From the human T2T-CHM13v2.0 reference genome, Homo sapiens, in assembly GCF_009914755.1 (NCBI RefSeq), contig NC_060927.1: a stretch of 64,000 bases of DNA. One strand, 5' to 3'. Below the pieces are notes generated by a model. It saw only the letters and a program-made list of their open reading frames with translations. It was not told where the DNA came from and did not search any database. The translations under genes and the position numbers were made by a program. Of the stretch, positions 34,513 through 49,576 are shown piece after piece (positions within the stretch are counted from its first letter, which is position 1; each line of letters opens with the position of its first letter).

Positions 34513-35522
34513 CTCTGCTTTAATTTAAGATAGTCATGGGAGGCTAGATATCAATTAATTAAACAGGGATCCATCTGTGCAACTGATATTTCTTGTTGCA
34601 CATAAATACATTGGGTATTGTAGAGCAGATTACTTTGTTAAAACATGTAGACTCCTCATCTAGTTATTTGATTTTAGTTGGTTTGGCTCATGGGAATCCT
34701 GGCTAAGGAGAAAGCTCCAAACTCTTCATGTTTTCCACCTGCTAATCACAACAGTAGTCTCCCTGGTGTACTGTATCTTCTCAAAAAGTTTTAAATGTTT
34801 CCAGAGAGCCATCTGTCAAGCATCAAATGGTATGTCTTTAGCTGGAACAACAAAAACTCAAACAAACTTATAATAATGGGGAGGACACAATAAGCTATAA
34901 ACACATGCTGAGACTAGAAACTCAGAATGATGGCAACTGATAGTACTGATGACCTAAGTTTTGGTTACACTCTCACCTACATAACAACCTGACCAAAAGG
35001 GAAAACTGTCAAATAAAAATTACAGGAGGCCATTGTTTTGGACTAAGTTCTTGTACTATGTCCCAATGGACCAGACTAAAAATCAAAATGGAGTCACCCA
35101 TGCTAAAGTTCCATGTCACCAAACCTAGACTAAGTCGTTACCCAACCTTGTAAGAGATCAGAAGAGAATAACAGCTAATTTCCCAAAGAGGCCAGTTTAA
35201 ATCTTCCGTGGGTATAATAATGAAGTTCCTTCTACTTTAGTCCTTGCTTCTCTACAAAAAAGGTAGGCTGAAATAACCTCATGTTAACTAATTAGTTATT
35301 TTTCTATCGTTGGCCTCTCTGTCCCCAACTTACAAGAAGAGTAGCTTTGAAATGACTAATATGCTGTCTGTTCTGTGCTTCTACGTTCTTTAGCCCTTCT
35401 CTGTATATAAAGCCAGCCTCTGCTCCTCGGCTTATTGGAACACTTATTCTATTTTATGGAATGATGTCTGGCCCAATTCTAGAATCGAGAATAAAGCCAA
35501 TTGAGATCTTTAAACTAAAAAA

Positions 35523-35920
35523 TAACCTTCAAGTCTGTCCCTCCCACCACAGACCCAGGCCCAGAACTATAGGCGGGTAGAATGGTTTTGGAGGACTGAC
35601 CTAGGGTGCCCTCCATAGGTTTGCTGCCCAGAGCTACCTTGGGTCTCTGCTCCCTGCATTCTGGCACAGTGCTCCTCGGCCACCCCAGTTGTGGTTCAAG
35701 AAGGCCCAAGTGCAGCTTGACTTACTACTTGGGAAGATACAGCCATAAAACTTGGTAGCATCTACATGACGCTAATTCTGCAGGCATGCAGAATGCAAGT
35801 TGTTCTCTGACCTTCCAAGAGATCCGCCTAGATTTCAAAGGATGCTGTGGACAGCCTAGAAGCCCAGACAGAGACCCGTCAAAGGGGCACAAGGAGTCCC
35901 TACTAGTGCAGTGCTGAGCA
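35523..35920 (+). mobile_element. MaLR (MST) internal fragment
   Basis: ccctcccaccacagacccaggccc...agaatggtttt...cctagatttcaaaggatg, typical MaLR-int. Confidence 0.65.
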
Positions 35921-36495
35921 GTATAGATACCCTGGAAGGATATACAAAAAACTAATAAAAGGGGTTACACCAAGAGAGAAGGCAGTATAAGTGGGGTGGA
36001 TGGGGAACAGACTGGAAGATTGGAGATTATCTTTTTATAGTATTTGATTTTTGAACCATATGTACTCAAAACTTGTTAGCTGTTGTTAAAAAAGAAAGCT
36101 GAAGTCCTTTCCTTCTTCTCACCCCAGGCAGGGAGAAAGCTGTGCTCTAGCAGAGGCTGGGTGGGGAATGAAAGGCTGAAGCTGGGGCATGAGTGTGTAG
36201 AACACTAGGGAGGCTGGATGAGTGAAGACAAATAGCAGGACCCAAAGATATACAAGCAGTTGGGAGTCAGATTTTGGGAGTCACACCAGTAAATACTATA
36301 CTTGTACATCTTGCTGGTAGGAAACTGGGAGTTGTTAAAGATTCATGGGCCAGAATTTTTAGGAGGATGTACAAACTGGATTGTAACTGGGAAAAGCCCA
36401 GAGGCAGGGAGGCTAGTTAGGAGGCTACCAAAGCATACACAGTTAGGAGCTAACATGGCCTGAACTAAAAAGGAGAGATTAGAATCACAGGTCCT

Positions 36496-36948
<453 letters not shown>

Positions 36949-37253
36949 TCACAGGCCCTCCTCCCACTCAGCCCTCTCCCTCTTTAGTCTAAGCACACCT
37001 CACAGCCAACTGCCTAGACCAGAAAAACGAAACAAAACAAAAACTGGACCCAATGTTTACTGTGTGTGCATGTGTGTATATTCACGTAAGACCAACATCT
37101 GATTTCATCTGTAAAATGGGAATAAAACTATCTACTTTATAGAAATATTGGGAAACTTAAGGGAAATAAAAGTATACAAAGGAGCACAATGTCTGTCTAT
37201 AGTACGAAAACAAAAAATATGTTATCCTTATGTTTATGTTAAATTTAATTCAC

Positions 37254-37575
<322 letters not shown>

Positions 37576-38353
37576 CTATAAAAGTCAGAGTAAATGTTGA
37601 AGATTTATCTATAGATATATCTATGTAGATACATATTAGGCATTTATGCATATCAAGTTTTGCCCAGTTAGGATTCCTTACAAATTTGCTTCTGTCTCAA
37701 ATTTACTGGGAAGGTCATGGCGTTTCTAGCTGAAATTGTGCACAGAGAGTTGCTGCCTAGAAAACTCTGTGGACAAGAATTATTGAAATAACATGTATAA
37801 AGTACAGAGCACAGCTCCAACAGAAACAGAATAAAACAAAAAGGTAAGCTCTCAGTTTGAGAATAGCCTCTGTTCTTTTTAAATTTAAAGATGGACTGCT
37901 GCTGATAGTTCCTAACACAAATGCCATGAGCATTATTATTTTTAATGACATCTTATCAATTAGCTCCATAATGAACACACTTAAAATATGTTTTGTTTAC
38001 TATACATGTTGACTTCACAAATTATCATGCTTGAAACCCTCTGTAAGCAGTTTGAATGCTTATATTAGTAATTCTGCTGGGCTTTGGTCTATCCTGTAAA
38101 AACAGTAAAGATGGCTTAGCAGATTTTTTGTTATTTTTTTTATGTTATCAACATCACTCCTTGTCATAATTACTTTCTTTACTATGAGGATGAACATCAT
38201 CTGGAAAGAGTTTCTAAACCAAAATACTTGACACCTGCTGTGAGGATGGTGGTTTTCCACCTGGCTTTAGGCTTGTAGGACAATGGCTGGATAATACCAT
38301 CCATCTAGCTCCTGGAAAGACTGTGGAGTGTGAATCTGAGTCAAGAAAAGGAG

Positions 38354-38685
<332 letters not shown>

Positions 38686-39589
38686 TTAGTGAGTAATATG
38701 ACCACACATTGTCTAGAGTATACTGTCTATGAGGCAGGGGCATGAGATACATATTTGCTCATCAAAATGCCTCATATCCAATATGCCTAAATGTTAACCA
38801 CTGAAAACATAAAAAAACAGGATTGGTTTAACAGTAGACTATTATCACAATTCTAGAACTTATGACTTCCTACTGGATTTCGTTATACCATAATTGCACA
38901 TACAAAATATCTTTCAAAATCAGTTTAAAATCAGTAATGACACATTTATGCTGAAATGTAAATATTTACTTGCAAAATGGGATACATATATGCCAACATA
39001 TAGCCAGAAGAAATATAAAATTATTCAAGACACCAAATAAGCCTCAAAAAGTCCTTAGATCTTAAAACTCTATGTTTCATAAACATAGAGGCAGGAAGAA
39101 ATGACTCCTTTACAGTTACTAGAGCAACTCTAGATTTCTAGGCCTCTGGTCAGATGACACAGCCATTTTAGCTGTGCTCTCATTTTAGCATAAAAGGGAG
39201 TTTCTCATAAACCCAGACTAACGTTTTCAAAATTCATAATTGTTCTTTCCCTATATTTGCCATTAAAACCTTGATTACAAAACAACTTCAGAGACAGGTC
39301 AAGGCTTGACAACCAGAGGCAATAGCATCATTGTTATGTAACTCCTTGCTAAGGCTAAATTGCAGGTCAAATGTGGTTCCCTTTGAGGGAAGGCTGCAAT
39401 CTCACCTGCCTTTGTGAACTAGTAATCCTGTGATCTACCAGTGAGGATTAGCATTTCCTTTCTAAATGCAGTTTGGCAAAAAATTTGGTAGGTACCAAAC
39501 TGAAAGCCACAGGAAGGGATAACAATTTCAGACAGGATTATAGTGGGGAAAACAGCTAGCTACTAAGGCATTACAGCAAGATATACCAA

Positions 39590-40170
39590 AATTAAAGACA
39601 CATATACCTTTTGACTTATCTTTTAGAAATTATTCCCACAAGTACGCGAATATATCTATGCAAATATCTCCATTGTAACACTGTTTGGAAGAGTAAAAAA
39701 CTGAAAACAAACTAAATGCCAATAGAGGATCTGTCTAAAAAATTAATAGACTATACACACTGATATAAAAGAATAAGGTAGATTTATATTCAAAAGAGCT
39801 CCATGATAAGCTAAAAATTGAAACAACTGAACTCATGGAGGTAGAAAATAGAGATGGTTACGAGAGGCTGGGAAGAGCTGTGGGGTGTGTGGTGGCAGGG
39901 GAGGGGCGGGGATGCTTAATTAGTACAAAAACATAGAGTGAATAGGATCTAGTATTTGATAGCACAATAGGATGATTATAGTCAACAATAATTTATTGCA
40001 CATTTTATACCAACTAAAAGAGCATAACTAGAATGTTTATAACAAATGATAAATGCTTGAAGACAATGGATATCCTATCTACCCTGCTGTGATTATTTTG
40101 CATTGTATGCATGTATCAAAATATCTCATGTACCCCATAAATATACGCACCTACTATATCACTTAAAAAA
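39590..40170 (+). mobile_element. L1 fragments (L1MA-type 3' end 39810-40170)
   Basis: L1MA 3' UTR consensus ending in A-rich tail. Confidence 0.75.
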
Positions 40171-40350
40171 AATTTTATGGGTACACAGAAGTTGAATACA
40201 GACCAGTGTGTAAATGACTGTATAAAATTTTCAAGCATATATACCCACTGGTATACTAGCCAGCAGATACGTAACACTTAAATATGCTAAGGACTGCTTT
40301 AGATGCTTTTCACATATAAACACACTTAATCTACACAACAGCATTATAGA

Positions 40351-40644
<294 letters not shown>

Positions 40645-42719
40645 TCATTATAGATATTCTTATCCCTATTTTACCAATGAAAAAGCATCTTGCCAAAAAT
40701 TAAATGTCACAGGAAGTAAGGAATAGAAATGGAACTCAAACTCAGGAGTCAGGCTCCAGAGAAGATACTTTTACCTTTTAGAGGCATTAAAAATCATTCT
40801 GGGAGAGGAATTATTACGGAAGGTAAAGAGGGGAAGGTTTTCATTTTTCATATTGTGCATTTCTTCTTGAATTTACTGACATGTAGTACTTTTTTTATGA
40901 AGTAGTAACAGTGGTTAACTGGGTGGTAAACTTATTTATCATTCTCAGGTACTTCATTTTCTCTGTATTAAAAATTCTACTCCGTTACTGAATAAAGCTA
41001 TGATATGTTAACAACAACAAAGAAAACTGGCTTGATTTGACCTACTTTAAATGAACAAGAAGAGAGACTAAGGCCATGTAAAAAAAATGTTCATGCAGAT
41101 TCCTGTAAGATTTATCGTTAGACCACCACAGCTCATGTTATTAAGATGAATCACACATATTAGCCCATTGTGTTACATTCCTTATGGTAAAATAACACCT
41201 GGTCCCTCCTTTCAAAAAGCTCAAAGCCATTAAAACAATTTTTAAGGTCAACAATATTAAGGAGACACATAAAAGGTGGGTGGAAGGAACAATAAGATGG
41301 TTTGATTCCTCCATGTAGATATTAACCTCTCCTAAGATACTTCTGACTGGTCTACATAAATTGCTGATGCCAAGGTAAATTACGTGCACCAAAATTAAAT
41401 TTAAAATTTTAAAAGGAAAATAAATGCAAAACATCATGTTGAGGTCCTTTGTCTTTTCTCTCTATTTAAATGTTTAGAGTAGTATAGTGCTAATAAAGTC
41501 AAGGTGAAATGTCCATCTTGCTTTGAAAAACCAATTATCTTGGCTAAAGAAACATCATTTCATAGTTGAACTGCAGCAGTTATCCCTGTGTTGGGGCCAC
41601 AGAAGATGGAAGAAAGTGGGCAAATGCAATGGCACTAATGAAAAAAAAACCCAAAAACAAAAGAACCCTGTGCCCACAAATGTCTAATTAACATTGGATC
41701 AGCAATTGAAATAGGAATAACAGCAGCAGCAAACACTTGCACAGCATTTATACCACCCTAGTTGGTGACCACACAACCCATTTGTTTCTTTTCACTCTGA
41801 AAAGTGTCCTGGTTTACACAATAAATTAAATGGTCACTCAACTTCAAAGTGCTTTACATATATTATCATGTTTCATCCTTGAAACAACTCTACAAAGTGT
41901 GTACTATTATCTTCCTTTCACAGATGAGTTACTACTCACCTCTGCATTCACAGAAAAATATATACAATTACATTATTAGAAAGTCATAATGCAGCTCCAT
42001 TATTCTGTCATATTATTCGTAGGCATATTAAAAACCATTATTTCACATTGCAACAAGTACATATTCATGCATTACATTTTTCTAAGTTAAAAAAAAAAGC
42101 TACCGTCAAAACCAGCAAGCTTTATTAAATAGAATGTAGAGCCACATTCCACCCCAACCCCTTTCTCCATCTCTCATCTGTTGCTCTGGCATATCAATAT
42201 ATCACCTAATGTTCTCTGTAGTGCAAAAAGTGCTTCTGAAATGATTTCTATCAGGGTACTAACAATATTTAGCATCCTTTAAATTAACACATACAAAATA
42301 CAGTTAACATAGTTTAAATTAACAGTGACAACATCCACACTGTTTTTCAGCTAGCCAGACTGCTAGAGTTGGCAACAAGGGAAGGAGAGAAAATGGCTTT
42401 GTCACAAACTACCTGTGTGACTGCAAGTCACTAACTTCCAAAGACCTCTACTTTTTCACTTATAACATGACAGTAGTGGTGAAAATATCCAGTCTAGTAG
42501 CTATAGCTACTCTAAAGCAGGGCAGTTCCTCAAACTGAGTGCAGGAAATAAAGGGCTGCTTCTTCAAGAGCTCCCAGTCCAACTGGATACGCAGACCCAG
42601 AGGAATGGATTACATGAAGGGACAGTGATACAGGCACATCAAATTTGTAAAAGACATTGGCTCTTATGTAAGCTCCATGGACAGGTACTGGTACTCCTCC
42701 AAGAGCTTTCCAGGAGGAT

Positions 42720-43400
42720 GAATGAGATATCAAGAGCATCCACTTCTATCTTCCACACTAACATCGCTCTAATCCAAGCCCACATTTCTCTCATCTGGAA
42801 TATTTTGCATTGGACTCCCTGTTTCCATTCTTGCCTTCCTAGAATCCATTTTTTATGCAACTCAGAATGATCTAAAAGATGAATTGGATCACTAACTCTC
42901 CTGCTTACAATCCTCCTATCATTTCTAAATGCCCACAAAGGACAATTCAGTCTCCTTTCCAAAGCCTGCAAGGCTCCTCCTGAGCTCCCTTTTACCTCCT
43001 TTTGCATCGTACTCCTCTTGGCCCACCTGGATGCAGTCCTGTCCCTAGATCCAGCCCAGTGGCTTTCCTTATTTCCTCTAAAGGGTGCAGAGCTTGTTTT
43101 CACCTCGGGCCTTTGCACTAGTTGTTGTCTCTATCTGGAATACTTTCCTGGGCTCTTCATGTGGTTGAACCTGTCAGGTATCACTGCCCTCCCCCATTAC
43201 TCTCTGTCCTCATTCCATCAAGTTCATTCTCAGAACTTAATTACATTCCTTTTCAGAAATTATCTTATTTACTTATTTGATTGCACACTATGGCTTCTTT
43301 CCCCAAAGCAGGGGCCAGGGCCCTCCTCTGTCTAGTTCACTGCAAAGTAGCCAGGACCTCGCATTGTGCCTAGAAGGTATGCAATAAATACTTGTTGACG
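42720..43400 (+). mobile_element. L2 3' fragment
   Basis: Pyrimidine-rich L2 consensus ending caataaatacttgttga. Confidence 0.65.
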
Positions 43401-43596
43401 GATCACACATACCACTCATTTCAGCTTGATTTTTTCAAAAGCTCAGCTGACAAAAACCATGTTTATAGAGGATTGTCTGAAGAAGTTGTAGTTTGTCTTT
43501 CCTCTATGGTCTAGATATTCAATCAAAAAACCCTGATTTGAATCAAGCCAGATCAGCAGAGCTACCCACTACCCACCTAAACCACATTGTCCATTG

Positions 43597-43974
43597 ATTT
43601 TATTTATTTATTTTTAGACAGGGTCTAGCACTGTTGACAGGCTGGAGTGCAGTGGTGCAATCATGGCTCGTTGCAACCTCAAACTCCTGGGCTCAAGTGA
43701 TCCTCCTGCCTCAGCCTCCTGAGTAGCTGGGACTACCTACAGGTGTGTTCCACTCCACCTGGCTAATTTAAGAAAATTTTTAGTAGAGATGAGTAGCTGA
43801 GACTACAGGTGCACACCACCACACACGCCTGGCTAATTTGAAAAATTCTGTAGTATAGATCATGTCTTGCTGTGTTGCTTAGGATGGTCGCAAACTCCTG
43901 GGCTCACGTGATCCTCCTGCCTTAGCATCCCAAAGTGCTAAGATTGATTACAGGTGTGAGCTACCACACCCAGC
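43597..43974 (-). mobile_element. AluJ with internal duplication
   Basis: gagtagctg(g/a)gactac...cctggctaattt segment occurs twice. Confidence 0.85.
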
Positions 43975-45393
43975 CTCTACTGGCTTTAGAATGTCTTTCT
44001 AAATTGTGATTTAGCCTTCTTTTACCTAGCAAGGGATGTGCTACAAAACAGCTCTATGATCTTCAGTGCTGAAAAGAGGTTAAGGATATGACACTGGCTT
44101 TCATTTATAAAGACCTCAATGATAAACTTTTCCTCTAGTTCAAATCAGAAAAAAAAAGTGCTTTTCCTGGGCATCTAAGATTGCCTTCTCTCATGAACAC
44201 TAGATCACAGAGCAGACGAGGTCCTGCCTCTCAGAATGGCCTACTGGAGAAACAGGTCACTTACAGCTTGGTTAATTAATGTACTAGACTTTATCCTCCT
44301 GCATTTTGAGGATCACCCCACTTCTGACTTCCCTTTATTTTTCCTAATCTCAATGTTCTTTTTGTCTTGTTTTCTAATCCGTTTAATTTTTATATTTTCT
44401 CATTACAGTGAACTGCCTTAAATGTTTTCTAGCATAAGGCATATAAATAACGTATTAAGGGTGACAGCAGCAATATGCATAAAATAATATGGCTAGTAGG
44501 CAGAAGGTCAACTACTTCTAGGAAAGAAAAGAGGGGATTTTTGAGGTGGGTCTTGAGGAATAAGTGGAGTGTCACCTGATAGAAAAGGCAGGAAAAGGCA
44601 ACCTGTGCAGATTAAGAGAGAAGGCAAAGTCCACATCAAAGGAAAGTGGAAGACAGATTAGTAAAACAACTCTGACATTAATATTTACTGAATATTAATT
44701 ATTATGTGTTGGACTCAATGCAAAGCCCTTTACAACTTTTTGTGTTTAATCCTCAAAACAATCCGCTGATGTGGATTTTATTATTATCTCCGTTCAGAGA
44801 CTGAAGCTGAGACAGTCTGTAAGTGGCAGGGTAGAGATTCCTGTGGCTTTTAAGGATGTGGGGGGGCACTTGACTGCAGTCATTACTTTAGAACTCATCT
44901 TCTGTCCCTATCTCCCATCTGACAAAGCCTGTTGCTCCTTTGGACATCTCAATCTCAATAAATAGAAAAGTAGCACTAACAGGCACACAGTGAAGTCAAA
45001 AACCTGGGATCATCCTAAATCCCTTCTCCCACCATCCATTCAATACCTGAAGTCCTGACATTCTACCTCACAAATTTCCCTATTTCCCTCCCACCTGTCC
45101 TCTTTGCATTCCCTCTTGGTCACAGTCCTCATTGTCTCTCACCAGGGCCACTGCAGAAGTAGCAGACACAGGACGCATAATAGTGAAGAGCAGGAACTCG
45201 GCAGGTGGTCTCCCTGCCTTTGACCCTCTATAACTACTATCTGTGCGACCTTAGGCAAGCTAACCTGTGTCTGTTTCATCTGTAAAATGGGGATAACAAT
45301 TAGAATAATACCTAACAGCACTACGTAAACGTTAGTAAGTGGCGAGGAAACTTAGCTCCTCATTTTCTCTTCCTCTAATCATTCTGCACATAA

Positions 45394-45730
<337 letters not shown>

Positions 45731-47398
45731 TAATGCCAATCTGATTAACACCACACCAGTGTTAAAACTTTTAATGGATTCCTATTGCCCTTAGAGATCT
45801 CTGGCTCATAACTTTCTAAATTCTAGCAATACTTGTCAGCTTTGAGTTCTTCCAACATCTTGGGGTCTTTATACAAGTGGCTACCAACCCAGAACACCAG
45901 TCCAATATCTATTTATTCTTCAAAAATGGGATTAACTTCGAGGAGGCTTTCTCATTTCCATTGATTGGATAAATAATCTTTGTTACATGTTCCTACAGTT
46001 CCCAACCTTGTACTTCCTTGTGGTAATATTTGTCACTCTTAAAACTCATTAGTCAATGTTTCTTTCCCTTCAGACCAAAATTTTGGAGAGGGAAAAGTTC
46101 TTGCTTGTTAGTTCTGGGTTGTAATCCCAAAGCCTAGTCCAGGAAGGATAAATATCCACTAAATAAATGAAACTGGAATGAAGCAAAGCTGAAATTCCAC
46201 ATGAAGTTCCTGGGTCTTTAGTAGCCTCCCACCTCCACTACTCTTTATCAGTCTGGAAATTTGGGCCTATCACTGTTCTTCCCATGGCCAGGCCCTTTAA
46301 TGTGGAGACCCTGGTGGTCTTCAACTCTTAAGAAGTGGCCTCTCCACAGGCATTTACAGTTACCGGTCACCATCTCCTGAAAAACACCCAAGAGCCCTAG
46401 ATATCCCCTTCCCAGATATCAAAGGACCTCCTTCCTCCCTAACCAGATACCTTGTAGGTTCTCCCTCCAGTTGCCAATCATGCCCCTTCCCCCAAAGTGT
46501 CACCTTATTTCCGCTCTCAGTCCATAGACCATCTCCCTTAGACTGTCCACAAACCCAGCCTTTGCCCCTCTAAATTCATCCCAGCTGACAACCACCCTTC
46601 CTAACACACACACATACATCTTTTATCGTCCTGATCTACCCTAGACGGTCTCATCACTATACTGGCTCCTCCTTACCCCCGTAAATCTCCCAGGTACACT
46701 TCCTGATCACCCTCCGGATACCTCATCCCTATCTATTCCTTTTATAAATAATTCCCTGCTCCTCCTTCTCACCCACAATCCACTCGCAGTTCAAGGCCTC
46801 ATTGCCATCGACTCCACTGTCTGTGAGTGCTTCCCAATATGCCCCAGGACCCCTCCTGGTGTCACGCTCTGTATCCTGACACCCCTTGTAGACGAGTCCC
46901 GAAATTCCCGCCCCGTCCCTGGAGCTCCCACTCCCTCCCAGACCTCCACAAACCTTCCAGGCCCCCAGCCCTAAGCCCGGCACCACTGTCCACCCTTCGC
47001 GGCTCCTGGGTCCTCACCGCGCCCCTAGACAAACCCGGACTCCCTCTGGTCCCACCCGCCCTTGCACCGCTTCTAGCCGTCTCGGCCACCCACGTGTGTT
47101 CCCAGCCCACCGACCACGCTCCCGGCACACCCTATAGCCCCGCGCTGCCTCCGGGAGAGCGGACGGGGAAAGCCGAGGGTCTCCGAGGGGCGCTCGGGCT
47201 CTGGCGAGAGGAGGAAGGACTCAGGGAAGCAGCCGGGGAGGCCCGGGGCTCCGGGGAGAGGTCGGGAAGGCCGAAGCGCTCTGGCGAAGAGGCCGGGGAG
47301 GCCGAGGGGTTCCCGGAAGCGGGCCGGGAGGCCAGGGGTCTCAGGGGAGGCCCAGCGGGCCGTGCAGCGGGCGCGTGTGGCGGCGAGCGGGGCCTCAC

Positions 47399-47417
47399 CG
47401 TCAGTCACGGCTCCCAT
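47399..47417 (-). CDS. THOC7: THOC7 coding exon 1 (MGAVTD-D)
   Basis: GCCATGG Kozak on - strand at 47417; donor G|GTGAGG at 47398; 19 nt. Confidence 0.95.
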
Positions 47418-47424
47418 GGCGTGC

Positions 47425-47451
47425 GCGGCGGCGGCGGCGGCGGCGGCGGCG
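47425..47451 (+). repeat. (GCG)9 trinucleotide repeat in the THOC7 5' UTR / ATXN7 promoter
   Basis: Nine uninterrupted GCG units counted directly. Confidence 0.95.
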
Positions 47452-47486
47452 CAAGCTGAGGCGGCGGTTGGCGGCGGCGGAGGTCA

Positions 47487-47503
47487 AACTCCCACAATGC
47501 AGC
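47487..47503 (+). promoter_or_regulatory. ZNF143/Staf (SBS)-like site
   Basis: AACTCCCACAATGCAGC matches the TCCCAnAATGC core. Confidence 0.6.
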
Positions 47504-47766
47504 CGGGTAAACAGCCATGGAGGAGGAGGCGGCGGCGCCCGCGGCCGCCTGCTCCGACGCCTGAGCCGCGCCGCGCCGCCGCCGCCGGGACCCGCGCTCC
47601 CCGCGCTCCCGGTACTCCCCGGGGGCGGCCGCGGCCGGCGCGAGTTGGGGCGAGGCTTGGCGGCCGGCGGCGGCCCCGGCTGCAGCCCGGGCTCCCGCCG
47701 CCCCCCTTGCAGCCCCCGCCCGGCCCACGCCCAGAGGCCGCCCCGGAGGCCGCAGCCAGCCGCCAG
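47500..47766 (+). other. ATXN7: ATXN7 non-coding first exon (5' end approximate)
   Basis: GC-rich exon ending at strong donor CAG|GTGAGC (47767); known head-to-head THOC7/ATXN7 arrangement. Confidence 0.75.
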
Positions 47767-48178
47767 GTGAGCTCGCCCGGACGCCGCCAGGGCTGCGGGG
47801 GTGCGGCGGGAGCTGCGGGCCGCCCGCAGTCGGGGTCCCGGCTTCTTCCCCGGGAAGGTGACTGCGGCCCCGCCGCCCCATCCAGGGTGACGCTGCTAGG
47901 GGTGGGCTCGTTTCCCTGGGGGGTGGGGAGGGTGACGGGGACGCCCGGATCCGGCTGAGCCCAGGAGAGGCGGGACTAGGGGTACCGAGGGGGGCGCGTC
48001 GCTGGGGGTCCCCGCGAAGTTGGCGCCCACGCGCGCTGGGGCGGGTCTCGAACGCCGGCACTTGCGCGGGGCGCGGCCGGCAATCAAAAAAGGCCCCGGG
48101 TTCCAGGTCGCGCGGTTCCGGCCCCTGCGGCCGCCCCCTTCCTTCCTGGGCTCGGCGGGTGCGGGAAAAAGGGTGAAA

Positions 48179-48607
48179 GAGAAACTTGGCGACCTCCCGG
48201 AGGAGTTCGCGAAGCGACCAGGAGCGTGTTGCCATCGTCCTCACCCGGCACCCAATTCCACCACAGAGTCGGGATTTCGTCGGTGATCGTGATGGGGTGC
48301 TTTTATTTTTCTCTTTGATTTTCAAAAAATGTCTATGTGACTGTCCCTATCTTAAGGGGAAGTTGAAAGTGGGGGCGGGGGTGCTCAATGAGAAACGTTG
48401 CCTTGTGTGTAGTTGTTTGGAGCACACTGCAAATTATATTGGCATCTCTTTCCAAAAGTCACTTTGATTCAACTTCGATAGCTTTCTCGTAAATGGCACG
48501 TTTAGGTGGTGAGAGGTGGATGAGGAAACAGGCACCAGTGCAGCTGATTTGACCTCCAGTGGGATAGATACGATTAGCACCAGGATCGTGTCTCATTTTG
48601 AACCCAG
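48179..48607 (+). other. ATXN7: ATXN7 alternative non-coding first exon
   Basis: Sequence gagaaacttggcgacctcccgg...ttttgaacccag matches my recollection of an ATXN7 mRNA 5' UTR; donor CAG|GTTTGT at 48608. Confidence 0.65.
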
Positions 48608-49217
48608 GTTTGTTATTTTATTCAGCCATACCGTTGTTTTCCAATTTTCCTGTCCCCCAAGTAGATCTTGCATCTTCATATCCGGGATGAAGAAGTTGTG
48701 TAGGATAAACTTGGTTGTTTCACTTTCCTTACTAAATTTAGGTACATTCTCCCTGTTTTCCCCCAGTTCTTTCAAAGAGGAGAAGTTGCAGATGCAAATG
48801 TATTAAAGTGAAGTGTGTTTAACCTCTAGCAAGAAATATGTACAATTTTAGTCATATTATGTGAGACCAGTGACTTCAATAATACCATTACAGTGCTCTC
48901 AAGAATTAGTGCTCAAGAACTTGACTTTTGTCACAAAGACAAAAATTACTTTACATGAAGATTCTGAGATGTGACTTGCTCTCCCCTAAGGTATGAAGTT
49001 TCCGACTTTGAAAAAATACTGACCTAAACGCTGGCTGTAGGTGGGCATCATCAGACCCTGTTCATTTCCTTGGTTTTAGGAGACAGGGCACTCTAAGAGA
49101 AGAATTGTTTTAAATCTTAAGTACTACAGATTGTAAACTGAAATTGTCAATTGATTGGGGTTCACAATACCAAGTTGCATTTTGGTGGGGATAGTTATTG
49201 TTTAGAAAGTAATTGTC

Positions 49218-49576
<359 letters not shown>

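Larger units (their letters stand above)
46880..48290. promoter_or_regulatory. CpG island / bidirectional THOC7-ATXN7 promoter
   Basis: Abrupt very high GC and CpG density around the THOC7 ATG and the divergent + strand first-exon donor; GC boxes, ETS-like CCGGAAG at ~47313, ZNF143-like site at 47487. Confidence 0.92.

Noticed and set aside
42639-43118. 159-aa ORF on the - strand
   Set aside because: Lies within a decayed L2 element; no splice or domain support
44000-44800. THOC7 antisense lncRNA, which I recall being annotated somewhere in this intron
   Set aside because: No exon structure or promoter can be supported from sequence alone
47425-47451. Triplet repeat as the SCA7 pathogenic repeat
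   Set aside because: SCA7 is a CAG repeat in an ATXN7 coding exon downstream of this window; this is a GCG repeat in the promoter/5' UTR
46827-48325. Long overlapping ORFs (210, 198, 306 aa etc.) in the CpG island
   Set aside because: Expected from stop-codon scarcity in GC-rich DNA; low-complexity P/A/G/R content. Only the 19-nt THOC7 exon and candidate uORFs are supported
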